DNA of 60,302 nucleotides from Halocafeteria seosinensis (taxonomy: Eukaryota): positions 62,001 to 122,302 of the forward strand of contig LVLI01000066.1 in assembly GCA_001687465.1 (NCBI GenBank), given 5' to 3'. Numbering within the stretch: the stretch's first letter is position 1; the number at the start of each line of letters is the position of its first letter. Shown here in pieces: positions 58,884-60,302 of this stretch. A model generated the notes under the pieces. That model had not been told where the DNA came from. It did not search any database and saw only the letters and a list, made by a program, of their open reading frames with translations. The position numbers and the translations under genes were made by a program.

Positions 58884-60302
58884 CAGTACAACTACCACGA
58901 TCAAGAGTAGTAAGAGTACAGGGTCCTTCCGGTGTTTTTCCTCTAGGAAAAACATAAAGAACCAGCCAGTAAGAAGAACAGACAGTACAATCCAGACGTC
59001 GTACCCTTCCACAATCACATAGCATCGGTCTACGATTTGATCCATAAGAGCTGCAACTGCACATATCGCTATGTTAGTACTCTTGTAGATGGCGGAATCC
59101 TAGAAACAAATACGAAGTCAGCTCTCTACAGTAGGCCCTCGCGGCGGAACCAATGGGACAGTGGCCCTCCATCAAAATGTACTACAGTACCTACTGCAGT
59201 ATGCCCAACATGACTTTCTACGAATACATACCGTACGTATACTTGTTTTGAACCCCACCACCGGCAGCAGCCCCATTACGGGTCTGGGCATTCAAAGCAT
59301 CGTTGTTGGTGCCTTGAGCGAGAGTTCTCGTATCCTCCACGATATTATTATTGCGTTGCCCTTGTGGTGCCGACCGAGCTCTGATTCGAGGCGAGGAGCG
59401 TCTAGATGGATGCATTCTTCGTTGGGAAAGTGTAACTACTGTATTATACACATATACTGGACCATCAATACTAGTACTCATCCGGTACTCATTTAATTCC
59501 CTTGTTTTCCCAGTTGGTTGAACAACAACAGCAACACCAACACAAACACACAGCGAAAGAAAGACAGGTAGCGGGATATATTTGTTCCACAACAAGCCTC
59601 AGAGATGTAGTTAATATATATATAAACTGGAAGGAAGTGTGGGTGTTGTTGTTCAACAACCGTTAGTCGTCTGTCGTCAAGGAAGGGAAGTCTGGTTGGA
59701 CCAGGAAGGGAATTGAATGAGTATTGATGGTCCAGTGTATGTATAGCTACATACACTTTCCCAATCAAGAATGGATCCTTCTAGACGCTCCTCGCCTCGA
59801 ATTAGCGCCCGATCGGCACCACAGGGGCAACGTAATAATAATATCGTGGAGGATACGAGAACTTTCGCCCAAGGCACCAACAACGATGCTTTGAATGCCC
59901 AGACCCGTAATGGGGCTGCTGCCGGTGGTGGGGTTCAAAACAAGTATACGTACGGTATGTATTCGTAGAAAGTCATGTTAGGCATACTGCAGTAGGTACT
60001 GTAGTACATTTTGATGGAGGGCCACTGTCCCATTGGTTCCGCCGCGAGGGCCTACTGTAGAGAGCTGACTTCGTATTTGTTTCTAGGATTCCGCCATCCA
60101 CAAGAGTACTAACATAGCGATATGTGCAGTTGCAGCTCTTATGGATCAAATCGTAGACCGATGCTATGTGATTGTGGAAGGGTACGACGTCTGGATTGTA
60201 CTGTCTGTTCTTCTTACTGGCTGGTTCTTTATGTTTTTCCTAGAGGAAAAACACCGGAAGGACCCTGTACTCTTACTACTCTTGATCGTGGTAGTTGTAC
60301 TG
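58884..60302. repeat. Large inverted repeat (palindrome): near-identical arms 58884-59406 and 59780-60302, degenerate inner arms and a short spacer
   Basis: Paired positions sum to 119186 (58884/60302, 59045/60141, 59401/59785), with only scattered mismatches. The repeat extends beyond the window end. Confidence 0.95.
60141..60302 (+). CDS. 5' part of Crinkler-type copy C (2-TM header exon), runs off the window
   Basis: Inverted copy of 59045-58884: MDQIVDRCYVIVEGYDVWIVLSVLLTGWFFMFF... An upstream exon from ATG 59771 is possible. Confidence 0.65.
   Translation, partial: MDQIVDRCYVIVEGYDVWIVLSVLLTGWFFMFFLEEKHRKDPVLLLLLIVVVVL

Larger units (their letters stand above)
56745..59045 (-). pseudogene. 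Crinkler-type NTPase copy B with a 2-TM N-terminal header, frameshifted and interrupted by TE fragments
   Basis: Exon 58859-59045 (two hydrophobic helices) splices in frame through intron 58778-58858 to ORF 58026-58796, which is near-identical to copy A from PAAM onward. It frameshifts near 58030, homology breaks near 57945 and resumes at 56815-56745 (LLEDGFSDARTCH). Confidence 0.8.

Overview
Eukaryotic, gene-dense DNA with short GT-AG introns (about 60-80 nt), probably from a flagellated protist. A stramenopile is my inference, not established. The window has three parts. (1) 1-18 kb: a tandem duplication of a unit [NACHT-ankyrin-41aa Cys repeat-ankyrin-LRR gene -> <- secreted PPP-type phosphatase]. 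The complete copy (6621-14066) has N-terminal transmembrane segments, a copy-number-variable 123-bp repeat array and an 81-bp LRR array that varies mainly at the concave-face residues. The upstream copy is frameshifted and its phosphatase partner survives only as a relic. (2) 18-46.5 kb: mostly housekeeping genes: MAPEG/MGST3, p23, protein O-mannosyltransferase, MetAP2 (plus a duplicated terminal exon), a MYCBPAP fused to a degenerate phosphoglycerate kinase, a BRAWNIN-like microprotein, a GLUG-type Gly-rich secreted protein, an SPFH/stomatin protein and a VHS/UVSSA-like protein. (3) 46.5-60.3 kb: an accessory, TE-rich zone. It holds two spliced Zn(II)2Cys6 transcription-factor genes that the ORF track misses, three 3' fragments of an RLE-type non-LTR retrotransposon and a chromovirus relic with its LTR (a solo copy of this LTR lies at 29.6 kb). 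It also holds three Crinkler-like copies: one near-complete NTPase+REase gene with a different N-terminus, and two copies with a 2-TM header arranged head-to-head in a large palindrome that runs off the window. All family calls come from motif recognition by eye; no searches were run.
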